Shown piece after piece: positions 20,070 to 29,249 of a stretch of 64,000 nucleotides of DNA (positions are counted from its first letter, which is position 1; the number at the start of each line of letters is the position of its first letter). The DNA lies in the NCBI GenBank assembly GCA_048941015.1, contig JBHLNZ010000009.1:1-64000 (forward strand), in the 5' to 3' direction. Origin of the DNA: Promethearchaeota archaeon (GTDB lineage Archaea; Asgardarchaeota; Lokiarchaeia; Sigyniarchaeales; SOKP01). The notes under the pieces are model-generated. The model was not told the origin of the DNA. It did not search any database and was given only the letters and a program-made list of their open reading frames with translations. The translations under genes and the position numbers were made by a program.

Positions 20070-21022
20070 TAATGAAAGCAATTGTATACACAAACTACGG
20101 ACCTCCGGAGGTTCTTCAACTCAAGGAGGTCGAAAAACCAATTCCCAAAGACAAAGAAATATTGGTAAAAATATATGCGACAACTGTAAATTACGCAGCA
20201 AGATTAGTTCGAAGCGGTAAACACCCAGATAAAAAAGTTTATACTCTTGCGATACGATTAATGTATGGTCTAAGAAAGCCAAAAAGAAGTATACTCGGAT
20301 ATGAGTTTGCTGGAGAAGTTGAAGCAGTGGGAAAAGATGTAACTCTTTTTAAGAAAGGTGATCACGTTTTTGGGACAACAACTGGATTATTTTTTGGTAC
20401 TTATGCTGAATATGTATGCATACCTGAGGAATGGAAGAAAGGGATGGTGGCAATAAAACCGGCTAGTATGAGTTTTGAGGAAGCTGCTGTTATCCCTATT
20501 GGGGGTAGTACTGCATTGAATTACCTAAGAAAAGGAAATATACGAAGTGGACAAAAAGTCCTTATCTATGGAGCTTCTGGGAGTAATGGTACCTTTGCAG
20601 TACAGCTTGCTAAATACTTCGGAGCAGAGGTCACCGCTGTATGTAGTACAAGGAATCTAGAAATGGTAAAATCTCTGGGAGCTGATAGTGTAATAGATTA
20701 CACTAAAAAGGATTTTACTGAAAGCGGAATACTTTATGATCTTGTTTTTGATGCCGTTGGAAAAGCTTCATCTTCAGATTGCAAAAAAGTACTAGCTCCA
20801 AACGGAAACTATGTTTCAGTTTTAAAGGGTTCATATCGAGAAAAAGCTGAGGATTTGATTTTCTTAGGACAGCTTTTTGAGGAAGGAAAGTTAAAACCAG
20901 TTATAGATAGAAGTTATCCCTTGGAAAAAACTGCCGAAGCACATGCCTATGTTGATAAAGGACATAAGAAAGGGAATGTAGTAATAATTGTGAAACATAA
21001 TAACAAAAAAGAGGGGATATGA
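20066..21022 (+). CDS. Zn-independent MDR dehydrogenase (paralogue 2)
   Basis: [15 protein letters not shown]; highly similar to its neighbour. Confidence 0.92.
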   Translation: MIMKAIVYTNYGPPEVLQLKEVEKPIPKDKEILVKIYATTVNYAARLVRSGKHPDKKVYTLAIRLMYGLRKPKRSILGYEFAGEVEAVGKDVTLFKKGDHVFGTTTGLFFGTYAEYVCIPEEWKKGMVAIKPASMSFEEAAVIPIGGSTALNYLRKGNIRSGQKVLIYGASGSNGTFAVQLAKYFGAEVTAVCSTRNLEMVKSLGADSVIDYTKKDFTESGILYDLVFDAVGKASSSDCKKVLAPNGNYVSVLKGSYREKAEDLIFLGQLFEEGKLKPVIDRSYPLEKTAEAHAYVDKGHKKGNVVIIVKHNNKKEGI

Positions 21023-21029
21023 TAAAATT

Positions 21030-21398
21030 ATGGAAGATGTGAAAATAATACTCGCATTTATATGGGTAGCCACAATGCTAATTTATTTATTAGGTGATGT
21101 GCTACGCATTTTTGCTGGAGATTTTAAACCTGGTGAAGTAGAAGGTAAACCAGTATCGCATAAAATGTACTTTGGTATGGCAATAATAATGGTAATTCCG
21201 ATTGTTATGGTTGTTTTATCCATTATATTGGAGTTTCCTGTGAATGGTTGGGTAAACATAATCGTAGCCATTTCCTTTTTTGGTTTCAATCTCATTGGAA
21301 TCAAGGGTTACAAGGCCTATGATATATTTTTACTAATTGTAAGTTTTATGTTTAACGTACTAATTATATGGTATGCATCGGCTCGATTATTAATATAA
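21030..21398 (+). CDS. DUF6326-like membrane protein
   Basis: WVATMLIYLLGDVLR..GDF.PG, IP.VMV.LS, VN.W.NII.A. Confidence 0.72.
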   Translation: MEDVKIILAFIWVATMLIYLLGDVLRIFAGDFKPGEVEGKPVSHKMYFGMAIIMVIPIVMVVLSIILEFPVNGWVNIIVAISFFGFNLIGIKGYKAYDIFLLIVSFMFNVLIIWYASARLLI

Positions 21399-21491
21399 AC
21401 TTTTTTAAATTTTTTAGCAGATACTATGTTTAATAAAAAATATATATTAAAAAAGAGGAAAAAAAATGAAGAATAAATTGGAGGGTTCCTA

Positions 21492-22175
21492 ATGATTATC
21501 TTAACGAGGTTATCTGGTTTTCTATATCTCCTTATCTTGGTTTTACAAATTGCAATGGCAGCATTTGGATATATATTAGAACCAACACCAAAACATTATG
21601 AATCAGATTATAAGCTACAAAATTTTAACAAAGATCCAAAAAAGTTTAAAACTGGTGTCGGGATAGCACTCATAGAACACTTTTGTGTAATTACACTAGC
21701 TATAATGTTGTTTATTGTAATTAGCCCATATAATATACTACTTGGAATTGTTTTGATAATCTTTCGAGTAGCAGAAGGCTCGATCCAAGTCTATATTGAA
21801 AAAGATTATTGGGGACTCCTTAATATAGCAAGAAGATATTCAACAGCTAGTGTTACGGAGAAAGATTCATTGATGGATTCATATCAAAACATTCTCCAAA
21901 CAAAAAGCTATAGATTCGCGTTTGCTATGATCGGTTGGTCAATTGGAACACTTGCATTTTCAATTGTGTTAGTTACTTACGGATTAGCAATCCCCTTTAT
22001 TGGATGGTTAGGATTAGCTACCAGTATTTTGATTGGTTTCGCTAATGGGATGAAACTTGTAAAACCTGAAGTTAAGGCCTATGAATCTTTGTCATCATTT
22101 AGTGGTATATTAGCAATTTTATTTGAAGTACTTATCGGAATAGCGCTTATGTTTTTTCCACCCATTATCCCATAG
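21492..22175 (+). CDS. DUF4386-like membrane protein
   Basis: FRVAEG, IP.FIGWLG, LFEVLIG; paralogue of the 17508 gene. Confidence 0.78.
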   Translation: MIILTRLSGFLYLLILVLQIAMAAFGYILEPTPKHYESDYKLQNFNKDPKKFKTGVGIALIEHFCVITLAIMLFIVISPYNILLGIVLIIFRVAEGSIQVYIEKDYWGLLNIARRYSTASVTEKDSLMDSYQNILQTKSYRFAFAMIGWSIGTLAFSIVLVTYGLAIPFIGWLGLATSILIGFANGMKLVKPEVKAYESLSSFSGILAILFEVLIGIALMFFPPIIP

Positions 22176-22276
22176 CTAATACATTACAACTCATGAGAGG
22201 AAAAAAATTACTCAATTAATTATTTAGTAAGCACAAAGCCAGCAAATAAACAAATTTCAAAAAAAGAGAGATAATT

Positions 22277-23269
22277 ATGAAAGCGATTATATGGACAGAA
22301 TATGGGCCACCAGATGTACTTAAACTCAAAGAGGTAGAAAAACCTAGTTCAAAGGATAATGAAATATTATTAAAAATTCATGCTACATCAGTAACAATGG
22401 GCGATTGCGAGATGCGAAGTCTCAAATTTTCTCGCTCCTTGGCTCTCTTCATGAGATTGTATAATGGCTTAAGAAAACCAAGAAAAATCACAATATTAGG
22501 ACAGGATGCAGCCGGAGAAATTGAAGCCGTAGGTAAAGATGTAACATTATTTAAGAAAGGTGACCAAGTTTTTGGGTCTACTGGGTTCAAAATGGGCGCA
22601 TATGCTGAATATCTATGCCTTCCTGAAAAATGTATGATGGCACTAAAACCGACCAATATGAGCTATGAGGAAGCCGCCGCAGTACCTCTTGGAGGTCTTA
22701 ATGCACTATATTTTCTTAAAAAAGCAAATATCAAAAGTGGAAAAAAGGTTTTAATTAATGGTGCAGGTGGAAGTATAGGTACTTTTGCGGTTCAACTTGC
22801 AAAGTCATTTGGGGCTATAGTGACTGGCGTGGACAGCACAGATAAATTGGAAATGCTACGTACCATTGGAATTGACCATGTAATTGATTACACTCAAGAA
22901 GATTTCACCAAGAAGGATGAGAGCTATGATGTTATTTTTGACGTAGTACGCAGGAGTTCGTTTTCAGGTTGTATAAGGGTGTTGAACAAAAACGGAATCT
23001 ATCTTCAAACTAACCATGGGATTTTAAGGAGAGTTAGAGGACGATTGACTTCACTTAGAAGTAGCAAAAAAGTAATTAGTGGGGCAATATCAGAAAGAAC
23101 AGAAGATTTAATGCATCTCAAAGAGCTTATTGAGGCTGGTAAGATCAAATCAGTTATAGATAGAAGTTATGCACTGGAACAAACTGCTGAAGCTCATAAG
23201 TATGTTGAAACGGGACAAAAAAAGGGGAATGTAGTAATAGTTATAAAACACAATAAGTTGGAGGAATAG
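22277..23269 (+). CDS. Zn-independent MDR dehydrogenase (paralogue 3)
   Basis: [23 protein letters not shown]. Confidence 0.92.
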   Translation: MKAIIWTEYGPPDVLKLKEVEKPSSKDNEILLKIHATSVTMGDCEMRSLKFSRSLALFMRLYNGLRKPRKITILGQDAAGEIEAVGKDVTLFKKGDQVFGSTGFKMGAYAEYLCLPEKCMMALKPTNMSYEEAAAVPLGGLNALYFLKKANIKSGKKVLINGAGGSIGTFAVQLAKSFGAIVTGVDSTDKLEMLRTIGIDHVIDYTQEDFTKKDESYDVIFDVVRRSSFSGCIRVLNKNGIYLQTNHGILRRVRGRLTSLRSSKKVISGAISERTEDLMHLKELIEAGKIKSVIDRSYALEQTAEAHKYVETGQKKGNVVIVIKHNKLEE

Positions 23270-23271
23270 TT

Positions 23272-23739
23272 ATGAATTCTCTAATAGTTTTATATTCATA
23301 TCATCATCATAATACTGAGAAGATTGCTAATGTCTTCGCAAAAGTTCTTGATGCTAAAATAAAAACACCACAACAAATAGATCCTGAAGAGTTTCAGGAG
23401 TATAGCCTAATAGGTTTTGGTTCAGGGATATATAGTGCAAAACACCATAAACTTTTACTTGACCTTGCGGATACTCTTCCCCAAGCTCCCAACGAGAAAG
23501 CATTTATTTTTTCAACTAGTGCATTAACAGGAGAAAAGAAGATGGCTGAAGATCACTCGTTGCTTAGGGAAAAACTAAAATCAAAAGGTTATATAATCGT
23601 TGGTGAATTTCAATGTAAAGGTTTTAACATTAATAGTTTCATGAAATATTTTGGAGGAATGAACAAGGGAAGACCTAATGCTGAAGATCTCAAAAATGCA
23701 GAAAATTTTACTCAGAAACTTAAGCAGAGCCTGGAATAG
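23272..23739 (+). CDS. Flavodoxin-like protein
   Basis: YSYHHHNTEKIA, GFGSGIY, FST, GEFQCKG, GRPN..DL. Confidence 0.88.
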   Translation: MNSLIVLYSYHHHNTEKIANVFAKVLDAKIKTPQQIDPEEFQEYSLIGFGSGIYSAKHHKLLLDLADTLPQAPNEKAFIFSTSALTGEKKMAEDHSLLREKLKSKGYIIVGEFQCKGFNINSFMKYFGGMNKGRPNAEDLKNAENFTQKLKQSLE

Positions 23740-23772
23740 TAGTGGATCTTGTACAGATTAACTTTGAAGAGC

Positions 23773-26205
23773 TTATTTTAATGGTATAAATAAATTATTT
23801 TTATACGCTTCATGCACCATGAAATAAGCTTCCTGATCTGAAACATTCATTTCTTTCGTAAGAATGGAAACGATTTCCGCAGGATAGAAACCCTCAGATC
23901 TAGGTATAAAGTCGTTTAAAATAGCTTTAAATGATTCAGAAACATCATATGTATTTAATTGCTTTAAATTAATGGTACATTTTTTATTTAGGTTCATATT
24001 AAGACCTGTTTCAATTGTATCCTCAAAATCTTTGAAAACCTGGAGGTCTCCATCGAAGCTTTTTAAATCATCAACATGCTTAGTTTCATAAGCCCTTAAA
24101 ACTTGTCCACACTGTTGTTTTATTAAGTCTCCAAGACTTTTGTAAGAAACTAAACCTAATCTAAGATATTCACCATCCATAAGGGTTATAGTAAATTCAT
24201 TATATTGAATAATATTATCTCCGCCTTCACCACGAACTTTTAGACCCATTTGATTAGCAAGTTCATTTTTGAAACTTCCTATAGCAGATATAAAACCAGA
24301 GAATAAATTTTCATCCAATCCGATACCACCATGAAGGGCAATTTTAGAAAGACATAACCCTGATTCATTGTGTATGGCCAAAATTGTAATAATACTAGTA
24401 ATATCTTTAAAGTATTGTGCATCTGATAATTCTTCTTTAGTTAAATCTCTTGATTTTTGTATTTCGCCCTTATTTGATCCCCTCCGAATCAGAATTCCAG
24501 TAAGTATAATTGCCAATACTGCAACGATACTAACAATAATGATTACAATTAACTCAAGGGAAGGGGGTTCATCACCAGGGGTTTGGGAGCCATCAGGCGT
24601 GTGGGAAGTATCTTTTATTATGAGTACAGAATTAGAACCTGTTTTCCATGCAATATCTCGAGCATAAAAGGAAATATTTACATAACCATCACTTAATGTA
24701 CTCCACGTGTCTTGGTCAATTGTACCGTTTTCTGTAAAGTAGTATTTTATACTGCTATTATTTATTGTATACCACATGTAATAAATATAAGTTTCATTGA
24801 CTAATACGTTAAATTCAGGAGCATTATTATCATATTTACCTGAAGTCGGAGTATTGATGTTAATAATGGGAGACCAATTATCCACAATAGGAAGACTGTC
24901 ATTTGCATTAGCCGGACCAGAAATATTAAAGGGAATATCACCAATGTGATCGTTATTTAAATCTAAACCAGTATAATTATCCCAATAATTCCCAACCATT
25001 GTATTATTCCAAAAGGTTGCTGATCCGTTATCAAAAGCATGAAATGTGTTTGAAATGAAGGAATTTCTATAAAATAAATTATTAATATCAGAAGGATCAT
25101 AAATGTACACTCCAAAATTATTATTATCTTTAATTATATTATCGTGAAATTCATTATCATCACAATTTATATGTAATCTTATTGCATAATTTCCTGTATT
25201 ATTGAAAAAATTTCGAGCTATTTCACCTCCATCACATCCACTCATATAAATTGCTGAAGAACCACCTGAAATTGTATTACCATTGATTTTATTCTGATAA
25301 GCATTTACCATGTACAAACCACTACCGCATTCTCTTATTTGATTATTAATTACTAAATTCTCATCAGAACCAACCAATAATATTACATAACTATTAAGAT
25401 TCTCAAACAAATTTAACGAAATATTATTTTGTTCGCAAAAACTTGCTACTCTAATTCCATAATCTTGTTGAATTGTGGCTGAATTTTTGATTGTGTTATT
25501 ATTTATCAAATTCTCTCTACAATAATAATCAATATGAATTCCATAAATATTATTATCATATATCATATTATCCAGAATTTTATTGTTATCACAATAATAT
25601 CTAAGATATATTCCAGTATCCTGGAGATTTGTACCATCATTCTTTATTGTATTCCCAAGAATTTTATTATCATTACAATATGAAGATAAATTAATCCCGT
25701 ACAACCCATTATTAATTAATTTATTTTTTGAAATGGTATTATTAACACAATTAAACATGCTAATTCCTGAGTCTAAGTTGTCTAAGAGACTATTATTAAT
25801 TATAGCCCCCTTATTCGAATTTTCTAATTTGATTCCCTTATCAGCCCCAAAAATAGTAACATTGTTAATTTTAAAATAAACATTAGTGGAATTCTCAATC
25901 CAAATGCCACAACCTGTTGGAGAGTTGCTTGCATTAATTATCATGTTTTCAATTAAATAGGGATCCCCCCATATACCTGAACCAGAACACCAATCAGATT
26001 GATTAGCAACGGTCCAATTTAAATCGGTAATATGAATAAATGTAAAGTTATCCCAATATCCCGCTAACTTTAAATTAGGTGTTCTAATTTTTAAATTCTC
26101 TTGAGCTGTGTCATTTGGATCTTCAATATTAATTTGTATAGAAATTGTAAAAATCGTCAGAAATAGTATTAGAAATGCAATAAATGGTTTCATTTTTGTT
26201 TTCAC
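23773..26205 (-). CDS. Single-pass protein: extracellular NosD/CASH beta-helix + TM + cytoplasmic longin-like domain
   Basis: Signal peptide, Asn-rich parallel beta-helix repeats, GNYWDNY.G.D motif, TM, then IHNESGLCL...DENLFSGFISAI.SF. Confidence 0.85.
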   Translation of the reverse strand: MKTKMKPFIAFLILFLTIFTISIQINIEDPNDTAQENLKIRTPNLKLAGYWDNFTFIHITDLNWTVANQSDWCSGSGIWGDPYLIENMIINASNSPTGCGIWIENSTNVYFKINNVTIFGADKGIKLENSNKGAIINNSLLDNLDSGISMFNCVNNTISKNKLINNGLYGINLSSYCNDNKILGNTIKNDGTNLQDTGIYLRYYCDNNKILDNMIYDNNIYGIHIDYYCRENLINNNTIKNSATIQQDYGIRVASFCEQNNISLNLFENLNSYVILLVGSDENLVINNQIRECGSGLYMVNAYQNKINGNTISGGSSAIYMSGCDGGEIARNFFNNTGNYAIRLHINCDDNEFHDNIIKDNNNFGVYIYDPSDINNLFYRNSFISNTFHAFDNGSATFWNNTMVGNYWDNYTGLDLNNDHIGDIPFNISGPANANDSLPIVDNWSPIININTPTSGKYDNNAPEFNVLVNETYIYYMWYTINNSSIKYYFTENGTIDQDTWSTLSDGYVNISFYARDIAWKTGSNSVLIIKDTSHTPDGSQTPGDEPPSLELIVIIIVSIVAVLAIILTGILIRRGSNKGEIQKSRDLTKEELSDAQYFKDITSIITILAIHNESGLCLSKIALHGGIGLDENLFSGFISAIGSFKNELANQMGLKVRGEGGDNIIQYNEFTITLMDGEYLRLGLVSYKSLGDLIKQQCGQVLRAYETKHVDDLKSFDGDLQVFKDFEDTIETGLNMNLNKKCTINLKQLNTYDVSESFKAILNDFIPRSEGFYPAEIVSILTKEMNVSDQEAYFMVHEAYKNNLFIPLK

Positions 26206-26439
26206 TATAAAATACCCCTTTATTCCCTAATGAATGATAAAATTATTCTATAAAAAATATAAAGTTCATAAATATAGGTTTTTGTTTTTTCAATTAAATA
26301 GAAAATTTTCTATTAGAGATGAGTATTTCGGGAATATGCACCTAGTGCCGAAAGAAAAAATAAATGAGTGAGCAGGAAAAACTATTAAAGTTATTAGATT
26401 CATATGATGTGATACACAAATAAAAAAAATAGTTAGATT

Positions 26440-27093
26440 ATGGAAGAACAAAAGATAATTGAAACAGAAAATCTTAGAAAATATATTAATAAATTAGATA
26501 TTGATACTTTTGGTATTGCTGACATGCTTTTTTTAAAGGAAATGGAGACTGGTCTTCCTACAGATGTAAAGAAATTCGTAGATGTGTTTCCTTATGCGAT
26601 TGTATTGGGAGCTCAATATGGAAAGTTAGGGAAAAAAGCATCTGGAGGCGAAACTGCACTATTTTTAGAAAAAGCTGCCTTTTCAATAATGGAATATTTA
26701 GAAGATAAAGGTTATAAACAACTTATTATTCATACTGAAGACGAATTTGATCCTATTAATCGCTTAGGATTTATGTCGCTTAAACTCTTAGCAAAAACGG
26801 CTGGACTTGGATGGCAAGGAAGGTCATTATTAATTGTATCTCCAGAATATGGTCCTTTACATCGTCTAATTGCTATTTTGACCGATATCCCGCTTCAAGC
26901 AAACAAAGTAATTAAAAATGAATGTGGTGACTGCCGAAAATGTATAGAAGCTTGTCCTCAGAATGCTCTTACTTTTAATAATTTTAAAGATCATCCTCAA
27001 CATAGGGAGGATGTATTGAATATTAAGTCTTGTTTGGGAGATAATGGATGTATGATATGTATTTTGTCCTGTCCTTGGTTAAAAAAATCTTAA
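26440..27093 (+). CDS. QueG/reductive-dehalogenase-superfamily Fe-S protein
   Basis: AGLGWQGRS.L...PEYGP.HRL...LTD, CxxCxxCxxxCP and a second Cys cluster. Confidence 0.82.
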   Translation: MEEQKIIETENLRKYINKLDIDTFGIADMLFLKEMETGLPTDVKKFVDVFPYAIVLGAQYGKLGKKASGGETALFLEKAAFSIMEYLEDKGYKQLIIHTEDEFDPINRLGFMSLKLLAKTAGLGWQGRSLLIVSPEYGPLHRLIAILTDIPLQANKVIKNECGDCRKCIEACPQNALTFNNFKDHPQHREDVLNIKSCLGDNGCMICILSCPWLKKS

Positions 27094-27200
27094 TATTTTA
27101 AAAAATAATTTTATTCAAACTATACATGAGATTATATTATCTAATGTATAATGAATTACCTGATTAATGATGATTTATGACAAGAATTAAATAGAAATCA

Positions 27201-27632
27201 TTAATGGTGAGAATTTTTAAATGCTTTTGCGCAATGTATACAGCAAAAATTCAATTCTTTACCCTTAATTGTTTCAACATGAAAATCTTCATAAAGTTTA
27301 ACACCACAGCTAGCACATACTTTCAATTTTGATTCTATAGCTGCTTCAATTAAGTTACTAAAGCGCTGAAAAATGTTATCAATAAACTCTTTTCCCGATG
27401 TGGTTAATTGAAATCCTTTTGATTTTTTTGATTTTGGATTAGGAGTGGGAATTATATATCCTTCTGATTGGAGCTTATTTAAAAAATCATATATATAAGT
27501 TGGGCTTGCCGTCTTCCCTAAATCTGATTCAAGCCGCTTTATAATATAATATCCCGTGACTGACTTTTTAGATTTTAATAATGTTAAAGTATAAAACTTT
27601 GTTAGGTTTTGGATTTTAATACTATCACTCAA
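27201..27632 (-). CDS. PadR-like wHTH regulator fused to a TRASH/YHS metal-binding domain
   Basis: TGY.IIK.L....G...SP.YIY.FL..L...GYI...F.LT.SG, then CASCG...NFCCIHC. Confidence 0.85.
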   Translation of the reverse strand: MSDSIKIQNLTKFYTLTLLKSKKSVTGYYIIKRLESDLGKTASPTYIYDFLNKLQSEGYIIPTPNPKSKKSKGFQLTTSGKEFIDNIFQRFSNLIEAAIESKLKVCASCGVKLYEDFHVETIKGKELNFCCIHCAKAFKNSHH

Positions 27633-27739
27633 TTAATGAACTCCTCCATTTCATAATCTTAGGATATTAATGGAAAATCCCTATATTAATAATAGCTTTT
27701 ATAATTTATAAATATATATTTTATAATAACAATTCTTAA

Positions 27740-27761
27740 ATATATACTTTAACATATATAT
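27740..27761. promoter_or_regulatory. Candidate operator ATATATAC-N6-ATATATAT
   Basis: One mismatch to the arms of the palindrome at 29030-29051; overlaps a TTAAATATA TATA-like box. Confidence 0.45.
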
Positions 27762-27796
27762 CCCAAAATAATAATAAAATAAAAATTGATGAAAAA

Positions 27797-28084
27797 ATGA
27801 TATTTGATACTTTTTATGATGGAGATTTTCATGTGATGGATTGGTGGTTTAATTTATTTGGACCATATTCATGGCTTATTATGGCATTAGGAATGGGGTT
27901 TTATATCGCATTAAGCATCATAATTGCCTATTATGTTCATAAAGACGCTATAAGAAGAGGAATTGTTAATTCTGAAGTATGGTTAATAATTGCTTTGATT
28001 TTTAATGTACTAGGTTTATTACTTTATCTTCTTGTAAGAGGAAATTACAGTAAACGGATTTCAAGTGAAAAAAGTAAGCAATAA
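27797..28084 (+). CDS. Small membrane protein (PLDc_N-like)
   Basis: YVHKDA.RRG....VW.II...NVLGLLLYLL.R; N-terminal HVMDW. Confidence 0.78.
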   Translation: MIFDTFYDGDFHVMDWWFNLFGPYSWLIMALGMGFYIALSIIIAYYVHKDAIRRGIVNSEVWLIIALIFNVLGLLLYLLVRGNYSKRISSEKSKQ

Positions 28085-28104
28085 TAAAAATAGGGGATAA
28101 GTTT

Positions 28105-28452
28105 ATGATATTAGATTATAGTCATGATTATATGAATCAAATGATGGATTGGGGTTCAAATGGATGGATCATCTTAGTTTTAGGCGGTGCCATTTTTCTT
28201 TTATTTATTATAATTCTTTTATATTTTTTGTCTCGAGGACGTAATCATCAAGAGAATTTCCCGAATAATAAGCAAGATATAATTTATAATAAGAATGAAC
28301 TGTTGAACATTCCAAATAGTTATAGCTCTAGACCAGTCAAGGATAATGTAAAAAGTGATTATGATGCTGTTAATTATTGCCCTGCTTGTGGAGAAAAAAT
28401 AAATGGAACAGAAGTAAAATTTTGCCCTTTTTGCGGAGCTCGAATTTTATGA
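28105..28452 (+). CDS. Single-TM protein with C-terminal zinc ribbon
   Basis: HDYMNQMMDW N-terminus, TM, CPACG...FCPFCG. Confidence 0.8.
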   Translation: MILDYSHDYMNQMMDWGSNGWIILVLGGAIFLLFIIILLYFLSRGRNHQENFPNNKQDIIYNKNELLNIPNSYSSRPVKDNVKSDYDAVNYCPACGEKINGTEVKFCPFCGARIL

Positions 28453-28858
28453 TTAATATCATCAATTAAATTATTCTTTTTTTATATGTACTTACATTCT
28501 GAAGCTAAGACTAGCTAAATTTTAGATTATAAAAAGCCAAAATCTAATAGAGTTTAAAATTAATATTTTAAAATAAAAATCTCAGAATCCTTAATTTTTT
28601 TCCTTCTTGGGATAAAAATAGACATAAAATCCAAAAATAATGCTATTAAATGTTAAAAAAACCCATAATATTAATATGAAAAAGAATTCAAAAGTACCCA
28701 GTTCAAGACTAAAATAACAACCTATTAAGAACTAATCCCAATTTTTAATTATCCTCCGTTATTAAAAAAAAAATATTAGGGTAGAGCACATCACACATTG
28801 AGTTTCAAATGTATATTCTCTGCATTCTACTATTTCTTAGATTAATATTCGTTATATT

Positions 28859-28981
28859 CTACATTTTATCATGCTCGTGCATGTGTTCCATTTCTTTTTT
28901 GTGTTCATGTTCATGCATATGTTTCATTTCTTTTTTGTGTTCATGCTCATGCTCACTTTCTTCATTCTCATGACAATCCAT
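28859..28981 (-). CDS. His/Met-rich micropeptide (40 aa), putative Cu-binding
   Basis: Hand-translated MDCHENEESEHEHEHKKEMKHMHEHEHKKEMEHMHEHDKM*. 11 His, 6 Met, 36-bp internal repeat, divergent from copB. Confidence 0.75.
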   Translation of the reverse strand: MDCHENEESEHEHEHKKEMKHMHEHEHKKEMEHMHEHDKM

Positions 28982-29029
28982 AAGTTTTCCCTTTTTTTAA
29001 ATTAAATTCTATTTAATATATATTTCATG

Positions 29030-29051
29030 ATATATACTAATACGTATATAT
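29030..29051. promoter_or_regulatory. Palindrome ATATATAC-N6-GTATATAT
   Basis: Perfect 8-bp arms upstream of the His/Met peptide, overlapping its TATA-like box. Confidence 0.5.
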
Positions 29052-29249
29052 TTAAATGTATTTCTTTAGTTTAATAACTTCTTTAAATTAGTTTCATAAC
29101 AGTAAATTCTTTTAAAAAACCTGCTCAAAAACTTAGAAAAGTAATCGAGGAGGTTGGATTGGATTAAAGGGACTATTGAATTTTAAATATTATGAATTAT
29201 AAATAAAAAATTTATAATCCTTCTTAAAAAATACTAGATATAAGGGAAT

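Noticed and set aside
28765-28840. CREYTFETQCVMC fragment resembling a zinc ribbon
   Set aside because: No start codon or RBS, and an incomplete Cys set.
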